Below are positions 25,016-38,224 of a stretch of DNA of 64,000 nt, one piece after another. Below the pieces are notes generated by a model, which worked only from the letters and a program-made list of their open reading frames with translations, made no database searches and was not told the origin of the DNA. The position numbers were made by a program, and so were the translations under genes. Numbering within the stretch: the stretch's first letter is position 1; each line of letters begins with the position of its first letter. This DNA is from Phyllosticta citribraziliensis (lineage: Eukaryota): NCBI RefSeq assembly GCF_038025025.1, contig NW_027117339.1:1922001-1986000 (forward strand), in the 5' to 3' direction.

Positions 25016-26661
25016 ATGATTACAGAAGTTGCAATACTTTCATACCCTTTCAATGCTCTCATCATTGGTGGAGCGGGAGGCGTGCTTTACTGTTTTGCGC
25101 TGGGATTATGGCGGCTTTATTTCAGTCCCATTGCGAAATTCCCTGGTCCCCGCCTGGCTGCTCTGACCTACCTTGTCGAGATTTACTACGAACTGTTATG
25201 CGGAGAAGGCGGGCAATTCCCTTTCCAGTATCGGAAGTGGCATCAGCAATATGGTCCGTTTCCGAATGCTCCCAGGCGGATTCTGCTCATGTCTGTCAGG
25301 TCCAATAATCCGCGTCTCTCCGGATGAACTGCACATCCAGGACTCAGCATACCATGAGACCATGTACTCGCCTAACAGGCCTGTCAACAAGCCAGAGAAG
25401 ATCGCTCACCGTTTCGGGAACCCCCTTTCCGCGTTTGCAACCCCGGACCATGCCAAACACCGGCAGCGCCGTTCCGCGCTCAACCCCTTCTTCTCGAAAA
25501 TGAAAGTCGCGCAGTTCTCACCTGAGATTCAGATGAGCATGCAAAAGATTTTGGCTCGCCTCGAACGGGAGTATGTGGGTACTGGCCGTGTTCTAAGCCT
25601 GAACAGGATGTGGGGTTGTTTGTCATCCGACACGATTGTGGCCTTTGCTTTTGAGAGACACTACGACTTCGTCGAAAGCCCAGAGTTCCACTCTGCTCTA
25701 AACCAAGCCATGATTGATCTTCTTGAACCGACCCACTGGCTGGTTCATGTGCCGTTTGTGGCGCGCATCTTCCAGTCTCTTCCTGACAGTCTCGTCAGGT
25801 ATTTGCAACCGCAAATGGACTCTGTCATTCACTTCAATACTGTGAGCTGACCTTGCCTTCTTGTAGCTTCAAAAAAGAATATGCTCACATTTCCAGGAAC
25901 TGACTTCACAAATCGCCGAGGTGCTATCCGCTGGAGGAAATGGCGAGAAGAATGCAGGCACCATCTTCAGCTCGCTGCTTCATTCCAGCCTCCCTGCGGA
26001 AGAGCTGACTCTGACGCGTCTCCAACATGAATCAATCAGCGTCATCGGAGCGGGAGTGGAGTCAACGATGCGCACGTTGGTAGTTGCGTGTTTCCACATC
26101 TTTGACAACCCGAGGATCAAGGAGAAGCTGGTGATGGAGCTCACAGAAGCAATCCCGGATGCCCGAGACGTTCCAAGCTGGGACTACCTGGCACAACTCC
26201 CGTACTTGTCGGCTTGCATCGAAGAGGCGCTGCGTCTCAGCTACGGGACGTCTCAGCGAATGCCGCGGGCCTTTCCGAACGGGGCACTGCACTATCGCAA
26301 TTGGACCATTCCAGCTGGTACCATGGTCTCGATGGATACTTACGCTGTGTCTCATGACGAGGAGATATTTCCAGACTCCTTTTCTTTCATTCCCGAACGG
26401 TGGCTGGGCAACCCAAAGGCTCCTGATGGCAAGCAGCTGAGTCGATACATGGTGTCGTTTGGCAAGGGCACTCGCAGCTGCACAGGCATCCAGCTTGGGT
26501 ATGCTGAACTGTACATCGGACTGGCAAATTTCTTCCGTTCATCGCTGATCTCTGATGCCAAGCTCTACAAGACTGACAAATCGGATGTTGAGCTAGCGAG
26601 AGATCGTTTTGCGCCTCGACCAAAACTGGGAAGCTTGGGAGTCAGAATTGTTTTTGAGTGA
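25016..26661 (+). CDS. Cytochrome P450 (CYP58/Tri4-like), 3 exons
   Basis: N-terminal TM, PIAKFPGPRLAA, GPIIRVSPDELHI, I-helix GAGVEST, EALR, PERW, heme motif FGKGTRSCTG. Confidence 0.95.
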
Positions 26662-26946
26662 GAAGCGCGTCAGGAGGTTTTTGTATCAATGGGACAGTCT
26701 TTACTTGCCTGGGCTTGGTATCACTTGGATTCCTTTCTGAAACTGCGCTCGCTCTCAGTAGTTATGGCATTTTCCGCGGATGTTTGTCACGCTGCAATTG
26801 AATGGAGATAGGTCCAAGACGCGGATGAACTCAACAGGTGAATAGTTTGAATGATGAGCTGAACTGCAACACAGGTCCACAGGATAGAAGGAGAAAAGGA
26901 AAAATGTCGGTCCCGAACCAAATCTTGAACCCTCGCGGATCTCGTG

Positions 26947-27886
26947 CTAGGCCAGAATTTTGTGCAGAAACTTCACTTGTTGATTCATGAGCAGCGGGAA
27001 CTCTTCCCCACTCAACACGTTGAGATGGCCTTTTCCAGGAGCGATGAGGGACTTTTTTGGTTCCGGAAAAGTGTCGAACAAAGCAAGCTGCTCCTCAGGA
27101 GGCGAAATTACGTCCTTCTCCGGGACAATCATCATTGTTGGCGTTGGCATCATGTGCTTCATGATTCCGTGGGGTTGCCAGACAACGAGCTTGTAGTAAG
27201 ACTGCAAAGTGGTCTGATTCTCGTAGTTGGGAGCACCGCGAGCTTTGGCGTTGATCATGTAGTCGAGCTCCTCGGCGCTAGTCTGGAATCCAAGGCCGGC
27301 GGGGTTCTTTCCATCGGGCATCAGAACAGGGAGAAACAGTGGCGAGTTGCCGAGGGCTTGAGATTGTCTGTCTCGCATGCTTTGGAGGAGAACCTTGGGG
27401 AACTTCTCAGGCGTGTACTCGAAGTTGAGGAGGGGGCAAATGGCAATGCATAGGCGAGCCCTCTTGTCCAGACTGGCAGCACAAAGAGCGATGGTCGCAG
27501 AGAAGGACATGCCCCAGAATGCTACCCGGCGGGCATCGACAGATGGTTGAGCCATGAGGAACGAGAGAGCGTCTGAGTAGTCCGAGACTTGCTTGACAGG
27601 GTCGATGTCGTTGCGCGGAAGACCTTCGCTCTCGCCCAAAGACCGCGGGTCGTAGACTAATGCGTTGATGCCGTTGCGTTGAAAGTGCTCAGCAACATCC
27701 AGGACGAACATTTCCTTGACACAATTGAACTGTCCTGTTGTAAGTTTGAGAATCCCACAAGACTTGCAGAGTGCTCACGCCAGGAGTAATGACGATGCCG
27801 GGGCCTCTGTTGGCAGTCGGGAAGAAGAAACCTCGCAGAAGGAGGCCATCAATGGTCTTGAACTCGACTTGCCGCAAGTTTGACAT
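26947..27886 (-). CDS. Alpha/beta hydrolase resembling polyketide transferase Af380 (Fma-AT)/DltD-like family, 2 exons
   Basis: VEFKTIDGLLLRG, TPGFNCVKEM, YDPRSLGESEGLPRNDIDP, nucleophile elbow WGMSFS, PEKD, GKGHL; transcribed divergently from the PKS. Confidence 0.88.
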
Positions 27887-29884
27887 GGTGAAAAGTGCTT
27901 ATCAGATTTGACTGGAGATTTCGAGAGATGATTGTGATGACGATACGACCAGATTGCGCTCCTCCAGACAGTCTTTATATGGAATTCCTCCCGGGCACAG
28001 GAAATCGATTCCAGTCCTGTTGGGAATGCCATTGCGGGTATGTCTGCGGACAGTCGAGAGTCTAGATTCACGGAACCATCCCATGTTGTTGCAACTGGAG
28101 GCGGCTGGTCTCAGTTGTAGAGCCTCGGGAACTGCCGCCTGCAGTCAACATGCTGCGTGCCCTGCAGACTTTGGACTGTGCCAGAGTTTGAGGAGAGCCA
28201 CCGAAGCTGTGGAGGGTCGAGATCCGCCTCCGGATGAGTAGACAAGCAACTTGAAAATCTAGACTTGTCAATTGAAGACCCTGGGATTCGCTTGTACTCT
28301 TCTAAGCCCTAGGCTTGTGTCTCCTCACCGTCCAAGACCGTTGAGAAATAGGGGCAGTCTTGCAGGTGGAAGAATCAGTCGGGTTGCCAAGGTGCAGAGA
28401 AGGGTCTGGGCCAGGAGAGAGAACAGCAGCAGGACTGGTTGCCACTTCTCAACTCGTTGACACCCGGCCTAGTAACGCGCGACGGTGCAAAGCCGCCGGA
28501 TATCAGCAAAGCTATGCAACCCCGCCTCACACTCACATCAAGACACTCCCAAACGTTGGGGTTCTAGATCTTGAACGAGTCTCAAGGATGGAAGCGTGGC
28601 AGCAGTGTGAAGGGTTGTAGTAGTCACACAAATCGAGTTTCCGCAAGTGGCCAGGCGAATCGAAGGCCAATGGTCTCATTTCTCTAGAGATCTCGAGGGC
28701 TCTTTGCCTCTGCCATTTGGCCATTTGTCGGCACGGAATTGACTTGTACAAGTCTCCCTGGGATGCTTCTTGCTTTCATCTCGCCCTTTGGCTTGTGTGC
28801 CACAATGAATTCCTTCACCGAGCCTTTATTAATGGTAATCCGGGAGTATCTTGACCTAGGCTTGAGCAATGAAGTACACACGCAAAAATTTAGAACAAGA
28901 CGGCTACTGAAAATACGGCTGACGTGTTGAGAAATACTTACAGGATGTAAAATGGTAGTCGGAGCCTATTCTATTGCGGAGGGTTGGATGTACAGACTGA
29001 ACAAAAAGAAATAGAGTCTGCAGCCGCTAAGCTGACAATAGAGGCGGGTACCACCAAAGTACCATGTTTTGGCGTGATGCATGAACACGAGCCCGCCCAG
29101 CCTCGGATGTTCGAGGTCCCCGAATTTTCGCTTCACAGAGCCTCGTTTGGTGTGATCTCGAAAGGCGACCGAGAAGAATTCTGCTGTGGTCTTGGGCAGA
29201 GACACTGTCTTGACCCAGTTACTTGGAATGATTCCCGAGGGAATCGCGATGTACGGAAATAGTAATCAAAGACCTCTCATCAGGCTGTATGGCATATTCT
29301 GGTACGTGTTCAGTCCCTTTGCTTCTGAATGCATGGAGAAGTGCAGTCAAGTCCCATGTTGTACGAACCACCAGAAACAAACCTCTGACCGCATCCAACA
29401 AGGCAGCCAAATGTAGTCCCAAAATCGTTTGCCTTCAGCTCTGACGGATGCCTGGGGTTTGCGGCAGATGTGCAAAGCCTTGCCTTGTTGAGCCATGACT
29501 TCGGAGCACACCGATGCTGCGTCGGATGGAAACGGGAATCTATGAGAAGCCAAAGTCTGACGGACGATCTCCTTGATGCGCACTCTCCAGGTCTCGGGAG
29601 TAGACATGACCCCTCATGTGGCAACGTCTGCCCCGGCCGGTCAGATACAAGCTGCAGCGAGAGGCGCGGCTGCAAGCATGATGCGAAAGGTGGCTTTGGA
29701 TGAGATTCTCAGACGTACTCAGCTCGATCCATGTCAAAGGAGATCGGATGCGTTGGTGACATGGCAAAATATCGAGATTCCTTGCCAGAGACGCAGAGGG
29801 TTTAAAGTGGTCGAGTTCCCTGGAAGCCTCGAACAGTGCCAGTTGCGCTATCCAATATCTGCCCCTTACAATCAATTCGTTAAC

Positions 29885-32800
29885 ATGACGGCCAATGACG
29901 CGAACGCGAAGCCCCGAGGTGGTCTTTCTTCACAGAAGGACGGCGGAGCTGCCAAAGCGCCCCAGAAGGAGCCAAAACCGTATGGACAAGATCCTGTGGC
30001 GGTGGTTGGTATGGGGTGTCGGCTCCCCGGAGACAGTACCTCCCCTCACAAGCTGTGGAAGTTCCTCGAAAGAGCGGGTATTGCGAACAATGAGCCTCCG
30101 GAATCACGCTTCAACTTCAAGGCGCACTACGACGGGTCAAGAAAACCAAAGACAATGAGATCGCCTGGCGGAATGTTCCTGGAAAATGTCGACCCCCGGG
30201 AATTCGATGCCCCGTTCTTCTCCATCTCTTCAACAGAAGCGTTGGCGATGGATCCACAGCAGCGACAACTCCTCGAGGTCGTCTACGAATGTCTTGAAAA
30301 TGCCGGAGTCACGCTGGAATCGATAGACGGTGCTCGAGTTGGATGTTTTGTTGGTTCTTACGCCGTCGGTGAGATCAAGCTTCTCCGTTCAGCTTTCGTT
30401 GTGTTGACCAATGCTGAACCCACACAGACTACGAAGCCATGCAAGCTCGAGATCCAGACGATCGAGTTCCCGGCGTCACTGTCGGAATAGGGCGGGCAAT
30501 CTTAAGCAACAGGCTGAGCCACTTCCTCAACATCAAAGGACCGAGCATGACGATAGACACGGCTTGCTCGGGAAGTCTGGTTGCTCTCGACGTCGCCTGC
30601 CGGTATTTGCAGTCGAAAGAGACAGACGGAGCGATCGTCGCTGCCGCAAATCTGTACCTGAGTCCCGAACACGTGATGGATAGTAAGCATTCTGGTTGCA
30701 GCATACTGTCGCAAAAGCTAATGGAAATCAGCTGGGGCAATGAAGGGCGCGAGCTCTCTGAGTGGAAAATGCCACACGTTCGACGTCAAAGCGGATGGGT
30801 ACATGAAAGCCGAGGGAGTCAATGCCGTGATGCTCAAGCGTCTTGACGATGCCATCAGAGATGGCGACCCCATCCGCGCCGTCATTCGTGGCACGGCAAC
30901 AAACAGTGACGGAAGAACACCTGGGATTGCGAGTCCAAGTGCTGAAGCGCAAGCTGCGGCAATCAGAGCTGCATACGCGAATGCAGGAATCACCGACCTG
31001 AGCGCGACGGCATACCTCGAGTGCCACGGCACTGGCACACAGGTTCGTAGACAGCGACGAGATGGGATGGATTGATGAAGAGCGATGCTGACGGAGTGGT
31101 GAAAGGCGGGCGACCCGACCGAGGTGACGGGCGCTTCGTCAGTTTTTAGCGCCTCCCGCGACCCGGACCACCCGCTCGTCATTGGCTCGGTACGAAGGCT
31201 CCCTCAACACCTTGACACGACTCTCGCGCCGCTGACAATGTGCAGATCAAAAGCAACCTGGGTCATTCTGAACCTGCTGCAGGAATCTCCGGGCTTTTGA
31301 AAGCTGTTCTGGCAATCGAAAATGCCGTCATTCCAGGAAACCCCACCTTCATCACACCCAGCCCGAAGAGTACGTCTTTTGCGCGCACCACAGCGACAAC
31401 GTCGCTCTGCTAACCAGCTCTTCAGTCGACTTTGAAAAGCTCAAAGTCCGTGCGACGAGGACTGCGATCAGCTGGCCGCAGACAGCAATCAAAAGAGCCA
31501 GCGTAAACTCTTTTGGTTATGGAGGGTCAAACGCACACGTCGTCGTCGAAGAAGCAGCCAAGTGGTCGAAGCCCACTCATGTTTTGTCGCACCGACGCGT
31601 CTATGATCTCGACAGTCTTTTCGACGACGATGAAGCCGAAGAGAGCCGCGCGTTCACACTGGTATTTTCTGCCAATGATGAGGGTGCGCTTCTGGCCAAT
31701 GTCAAAGCGCTCTCCGCCCATCTCATCAATCCGGAGGTGAGTGTCAAGTTGCCGGATCTCGCGTACACGCTCTCTGAGCGTCGGACCCGGCACTTTCATC
31801 GCGGCTACTTGGTCACAAAGAGCACTGCCATCGACGAGACTTCGATCAACCTCGGCAAGAAAGGAGCTGAAGCACCTCGCATTGGTTTTGTGTTTACCGG
31901 GCAAGGAGCGCAATGGTCGCAGATGGGAAAAGGGCTCATTGAAGCATTCCCAGAAGCAAAGGCTCTGATCCAGCGCTTGGACAAAGTGCTGCAAAGCCTA
32001 CCCAACCCCCCCAAGTGGACTCTGCTCAGTATGTTGTCCAATTTACCTACAGACCTCTGCTGATTGTCAATAGGCGAGCTCACTGAGGTGCGAAGTCCCC
32101 AGGTGCTTCGTCAGCCGGAATTCAGCCAGCCGCTGGTCACCGCTCTACAACTTGCCATTAGTGACATTTTGAAGACCTGGAACGTCGAGGCGCAAGCCGT
32201 AGTAGGCCATTCCTCAGGGGAGATCGCCGCAGCATGTGCTGCTGGCCTCTTGAGCCAGGAAGACGCCATTAAGGCCGCTTACTACAGAGGTCAAGCTGCT
32301 GTAGTCGAACGTAGTGGATCCACAAAATCCGGCCTCGGCATGCTTGCGGCTGGGCTTGGACCGAACGACATGCAAAGCTACTTGTCTGGCTTCGAAGACC
32401 AGGTCCAGATTGCCTGCTACAACAGTCCGAACTCGGTTACTCTCCGGAATTTTGTCCGCACTCGACGAGGTCAAGACTCGCCTTGTCGACGACAGTCACT
32501 TTGCAAGGCTCCTTCAAGTCGACTTGGCCTACCACTCCAAATACATGGATGCAATCGGCCGGAAATATGAGGAGATGCTCAGTCCCGTGTTTGAGCCTGA
32601 GCCCTTGTCAGCGGCCCAAGCCACAATGTTCTCTTCGGTTACTGGCAAAGAACTCGACCAAACGACCGACGTGCCTTATTGGAAGGCAAACATGGTTTGT
32701 CCAGTCCGCTTTGACCAGGCTGTTGAGAGCATGGTTTCGCGCAAGAGTGGGGCCAATTTCTTGATAGAGATTGGACCAAGCGGTGCTTTGGCAGGTCCCA

Positions 32801-35800
32801 TCTCCCAAATCAAAAAGGCGCTGCCCGGTGAAGGTGCTGGTGTGCAATACTGCACAGCCCTAACTCGCGGTCAATATTCCATAAACTCCTTGTTCGACGT
32901 TGCAGGAAGACTCTTTGTCGCAGACGCCAATGTGGATTTGGCCAGAGTCAACGGCGCGAACTCTCCGAGGCCATCTGTGATTGTGGATTTGCCAAATTAC
33001 GCCTGGAACCACTCCACGAAGTACTGGTATGAAAGCGAAGCGAGCAAAGACTGGAGGAATCGTCTCTTTCCTCACCATGACCTCATTGGCACCAAGACTC
33101 TTGGCACTTCATACCATGCTCCTGTGTGGAAGAAGACTCTTCTAGTTGATGACCTCTCGTGGCTCATGGACCACAAGGTGAGCAATATTTATTGTTATTT
33201 CGTACCAGCAGAAGCTCATACCTAGCAGATGGGTCCTGAAATCATCTTTCCAGCGGCTGGATTTATAGCAATGGCAATTGAGGGTGCTTCTCAAATTTCG
33301 GAAGCCCTCTCTGTCTTTGAGCAGAAGCCTCGTCCTTCGAATCCGACTTACCACGTCCGCAACATCACTTTCCCCAAGGCGCTGGTGTTGGAAGAGGGCG
33401 AAAAGTCAAAGGTCATGCTAAGCATGGCCAGTCGTACCGGCAAGAATGACCCGTGGTTTGATTTCAAGGTTTCCTCCCTCGTTGGCGATGTGTGGTCTGA
33501 GCATTGCCGCGGACTTGTCCGTATCGAAGATTCATTCCACAAGAGTGAGTTTTGGTCCAGGCTTTCAATCGCCTTCCCTTTGTCGATTGCTGACGGTAAA
33601 CAGGTGCTCCACGTCCCGTTTTGGCACCAATCAACCATCCATCTTCGGGCAAACTGTGGTACAAAGCGATGGAGGACGTCGGCTATGGATTTGGCCCTGT
33701 TTTCCAGAAGCATCTGGAGACGGAGTGCACATCTGGCCAGCGCAAGAGTCGATCGCTGGTTGACCTCACCATCCCTCCCAGCGACTATCTTCAGTCGCAC
33801 TACCCCATGCACCCAGCTTGTATAGACGCTTGTCTCCAGACTTGTGCTCCTGCCCTGTGGAAAGGCAACCGTAGCAGTGTCAATGCAGTCCTCATTCCCG
33901 CCATCATCGACGATCTCGAGATATCCTCAGCCGCGGCGTCACCCTCAACCGGCATGTCCGTCGCCTCCGCTTCATATGTCGGGGTTGGTCGGCCAGAAGA
34001 GACAAAGAATTACATGGCAGATGCGACTGTTTACGAGCCAGAATCTGGAGCCTTCCTCTTCCAAGTCCGTGGACTGCGCTTCCACAAGCTTGAGATGACT
34101 GCAGGCTCCCACGCGAATCACAAATTCACGCGACTGGCCTGGAAGCCAGACGTAACTGCAATCACCCAAGAAGGATTGACAAACGTCCAAAATTTTCTCA
34201 AGCCTGGTCCAGATCCGGCTCTGTCTGCAGTCCAAACGATGTTGGATCTTTTCGCGCACAAGATGCCGCACTTGAAGCTTGCTGAGATTGTCTTGATTCC
34301 GAATGACTTTTCAAGTCTGTGGCTCGAGGAGACGAATGCTTCCAGCTCTGTCCTGCGAGAAGCTTGTCGCAAGTATGTGTTTGCGTCGTCCGAGGCAAAA
34401 GCGCTGGTGAATGTTCGCGAGAAATACTCTGGCAAACTTTCTGGAGATCTCCACCTCTTTGACAGCAGCAAGCCTTCGGGTGGGTTACCACTCGATTATG
34501 GTGACTTTGATGTTGTCATTTTGAGAATGGTCAGTCATATCCTCTAATCTAAGACCAAAAAGCTGATGATGATTTCAGAATGACCTTTCACATGGCTTCC
34601 TCAATGCTGTCGCGAAGAGCGCCAGATCTTTGCTTCATGAGGGCGGTCTTGTGCTGCTCGCCGAGTATCATGATGGGGCGCAAGTCTGCGAGAAAAGCCC
34701 TGACTTTGACGTCCCCGCGCTCATGGACACCTGCGGCTTCGAAGACTTGCGATCCATCTCGTGCAACTTCTCAGAGGTGTTGTCCTCTGCCTTTATCGCC
34801 ACAGCAGTCACAAAGTTAATCAACGACTTGACGAAGAAGGAAATCGACCTCGTCCACTTTAGCGCTCCGACTGCGCGGACCCATCAAATCAGAGAATCCC
34901 TGGCCTCGTATGGATGGGAGATTTCGGATCATTCCATTGACTCGGAGCGCTTGGTATTCAACTCCACTGTCGTCGTTGTGGACGAGCTGTCTTCTCCACT
35001 CTTCCCTGCAATTACGGACAATCAATGGGAGGCGTTGAAGAAGTTAGCTGCTAGCGACCGTCAAATTTTGTGGGTAACAGAGGGGTCCCAATTTGAGGTG
35101 ACTCGACCCGAGAAGGCCATGATACATGGGCTCACGCGCACGATAAGAGCTGAGGACCCAAGCGTTCGGATCACCACGCTCGACGTAGAGGAGAGCGCAG
35201 GACGGCACACAGTCCCCACCATCAACAGCGTGCTGCGTGGTCTCAGTAACGAGAATTACCACGCCAACACCGACCACGAACTTGTCGAGCGGAGGGGCAT
35301 GATCTTTATCAGCCGGCTGCTTCCAGATGACCCGGTCAACACTGCTTCCGATGAAGCACTCCATGGCCGGGCACTAGAGGAGTTGAGCCTGCACGATTCC
35401 CCATCTACCGTGCGAATGAGAGCAGAACGACTCGGGACCTTTGAGTCTTTGTGCTACACAGGAATAAATGACAAGGAGCTCCCGCTGGACGACAACATGG
35501 TTGAAGTGGAACTGGAGGCGGCCGGTCTCAACTTCAAGGACCTTGCCGTGACGATGGGCATCGTCCCAGAGAATGAATTCCTGCTCGGTCTGGAAGGAGC
35601 TGGCAGAATCAGGCGCCCCGGAACGACCGCGTATGCAGTGGGAGACCGCGTTCTTGTCTTCGCCAAAGGGACTTTTGCAAACCGCATCATCACGACCAAC
35701 GAGCGAGTCTACCCGATTCCCGAGTCGCTGTCTTTCGAGGAGGCAGCCACGTTGGCCAGTGTCTATCTCGTCTCCCTCTACAGCCTCTACGACCTGGCAA

Positions 35801-37700
35801 ACACTCAGCCTGGCCAGCGCGTCCTCATACACTCGGCCACTGGTGGACTTGGGATAGCTTGTATCCAGATCTGCAAACACATTGGCGCCGAGGTGTTCGC
35901 TACAGCCGGCAGCGAGGAGAAGCGGGAGTTCCTCAGAGAGCAGTTTGGAATCCCAGCGTCAAACATCTTCCACTCCAGGACAACACAGTTCGCTTCGGAA
36001 CTCATGGCGGCAACCAACAATGAAGGTGTCGATGTCATCATCAATTCTTTGACGGGAGAATTGCTCGAAGAGTCTTGGCGCTGCATCAGAGAGGGCGGCA
36101 CCATGGTCGAGCTTGGGAAGAAGGATATGCTCGACCGCAACTATCTTTCCATGGCTCCGTTCGAGCGCAACGCATCATACCGGTGCTTCGACATGGCCCA
36201 TCGACACGTTTCGGACCAGGTCATTGCAAGGTAACGTTGGAAAGTGTCGCGGAGGAAGACATGCTGACCAGCCACAGATTGCTCAAGCAACTCATGCCTC
36301 TGGTCGACGATGGAACGTTCAAGCCAATCACGCCCATCACGACTTTCCCATTCGACGACATCCCGGCTGCGTTCCGCTACATGAGATCAGCCAATCACCA
36401 AGGAAAGATTGTTATCTCCAGCGGAACACGCAAAGATGTCAAAGTGATGGTAAGTCGACGTCACGCACAAATCTTAAATCGATCAGACCTCTGACACGGA
36501 CAGGCTCGCCCTCCCCCACGTGAGCTGAGACTGCGCGGCGATGTGTCGTACCTCTTGGTCGGCGGTCTGAAAGGCCTCTGCGGAAGTCTCGCCATCGAGC
36601 TCGCCAGGAAAGGCGCAAAGCACCTGATACCGCTTGCGCGCAGCGGCTACTCAGATGACATGTCTCAGGCAGCCATCAAAAACATCCAGGCAGAAGGCTG
36701 TGAGGTGCAGCTGATGCAAGGCGATGTCGCCAACATTGAGGATGTGCGGCGCGTCTTCAAGGCGGCCAATTACCCGATTGCTGGGGTAATCCAGGGCGCC
36801 ATGGTTCTCCGCGTACGTATAGGATGCCCTGTCCAACCCCCCAAGACAAAATGAAAAGGCTAATTTTGGCGCGCGCAGGACAAAATATACACGGCCATGA
36901 CTCACCGCGACTTTCACGACGTCATAGGTTGCAAGGTGAAGGGGACGTGGAATCTACACCACGCGGCGCTCGAGGAGAAGCTCAACCTCGACTTCTTCTC
37001 GATGCTGTCCAGCATCTCGGGCGTCGTTGGCCAGCGCGGGCAAGCAAACTACGCTGCGGCCAACGCCTTCCTCGACGCCTTTGCCTGCTACCGCCGCCGC
37101 CTTGGGCTGCAGGCAAACTCGATAGACCTGGGCGCCGTCGAAGAGGTGGGCTACATCAGTCGCAACTCCGACCTCTTGCAGATATTCGACCCCTCGACGT
37201 GGTCGCCCATCAACGAGCCGCTCTTCCACCGCATTGTGCAGTACTCGATCATGCAGCAGATATCGCCGCTCAACCCGGCGAGCGCAGCGCAGCTCATCTC
37301 GGGTATCGCGGTGCCGCTGGGCCCAGAGTCGAGCTTGCTGTCTGACGCCCGCTTCGCTGGGCTCTGCTTCGGCGCGTCTCAGGCAGGCGGTGTGGGGACA
37401 GACGCAAAGGACAAGGATTTGCAGACGCTGCTGCTCCTGGTGCAAAGCGGCGCTGATGCCGCAAGCGTCCTGGAGGCCGCCGTGACGGTCGTCAACCAGC
37501 TGTTTGTGCGCATCCTGCGCCTCGCCGAGCCCATGGAGCCCGCGAAGCCGCTGAGCAGCTACGGACTCGACTCGCTGGCTGCCGTCGAACTGCGCAACGT
37601 CATCAGGAAGGACTTGGGCGCCGAGCTGACGACGTTGGACATTACGAACGCGAGCTCCCTCATTGCGCTGTGCGAAAAGGTTGTTGCGAAGATGCAGTAG
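29885..37700 (+). CDS. Highly reducing iterative type I PKS (KS-AT-DH-degenerate MT-ER-KR-ACP), 12 introns; frameshifted at ~32443 as written (pseudogene or sequence error)
   Basis: KS DTACSGS, HGTGT, KSNLGH; AT GHSSG and [19 protein letters not shown] and [43 protein letters not shown]. All 12 splice junctions restore frame; the only break is ACT CTC C GGA where ACT CTC TCC GGA (TLSG) is expected. Confidence 0.95.
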
Positions 37701-38224
37701 GCGGGGGCGTGGAGCTGAGCAGTACAGTGTTTTTGACGGCCGACGTACGCTTGCTTCCCTGTCGTTCCTTACCACACCACCCCTGTCGCTTTCGCGCACC
37801 ATGGCATTTCAAAAATGCATGCCGATCTTTGCATGAACATATCGATAGCGACGAACTAAGGCTTTTGCTATTACAACATTGCCGATCTGCAGCCTGGTTG
37901 AAGCCCAAGGCATGCTGATGCATCGATGGAATAGACCGCATTGTTGGTGCCAAGTGCATGAACGCTGTATATTGCCAGTGAGTGCGATGTTGCATGAGGA
38001 AGAGATAGCGTCAATTCTCGGGGCAGGAACTCTACGCGAGGTGGTGGTCGAATGCTCCCGATCCTTGTGGTTTCTGAGGGCTCGAATTCGAATGCTCCTC
38101 ACCCAATTGCTCTAGACGGCTCGGATGCTTTCTGGACGCTGCCGTCTTTTTACTGTCTTGTCGATTGCGGTCATGAAAGGAAATTTCATTACTGAAGACT
38201 ATTTCATGCTCGAAGGATAAACAT

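Noticed and set aside
29573..29884. 104-codon in-frame extension upstream of the PKS ATG
   Set aside because: No recognisable domain; ATG 29885 gives a normal short leader before the KS ([14 protein letters not shown]).
27887..29884. Short ORFs in the 2-kb transferase-PKS intergenic region as a hidden regulator
   Set aside because: No Zn2Cys6, bZIP or other motif and no consistent splice pattern.
26947..37700. Fumagillin cluster suggested by the Af380-like enzyme plus HR-PKS
   Set aside because: No terpene cyclase, MetAP2 resistance gene or other fumagillin genes in the window.
36954..37802. Long antisense ORFs (also 2630..3625, 12392..13171, 42838..43512)
   Set aside because: Shadow ORFs opposite GC-rich real genes.
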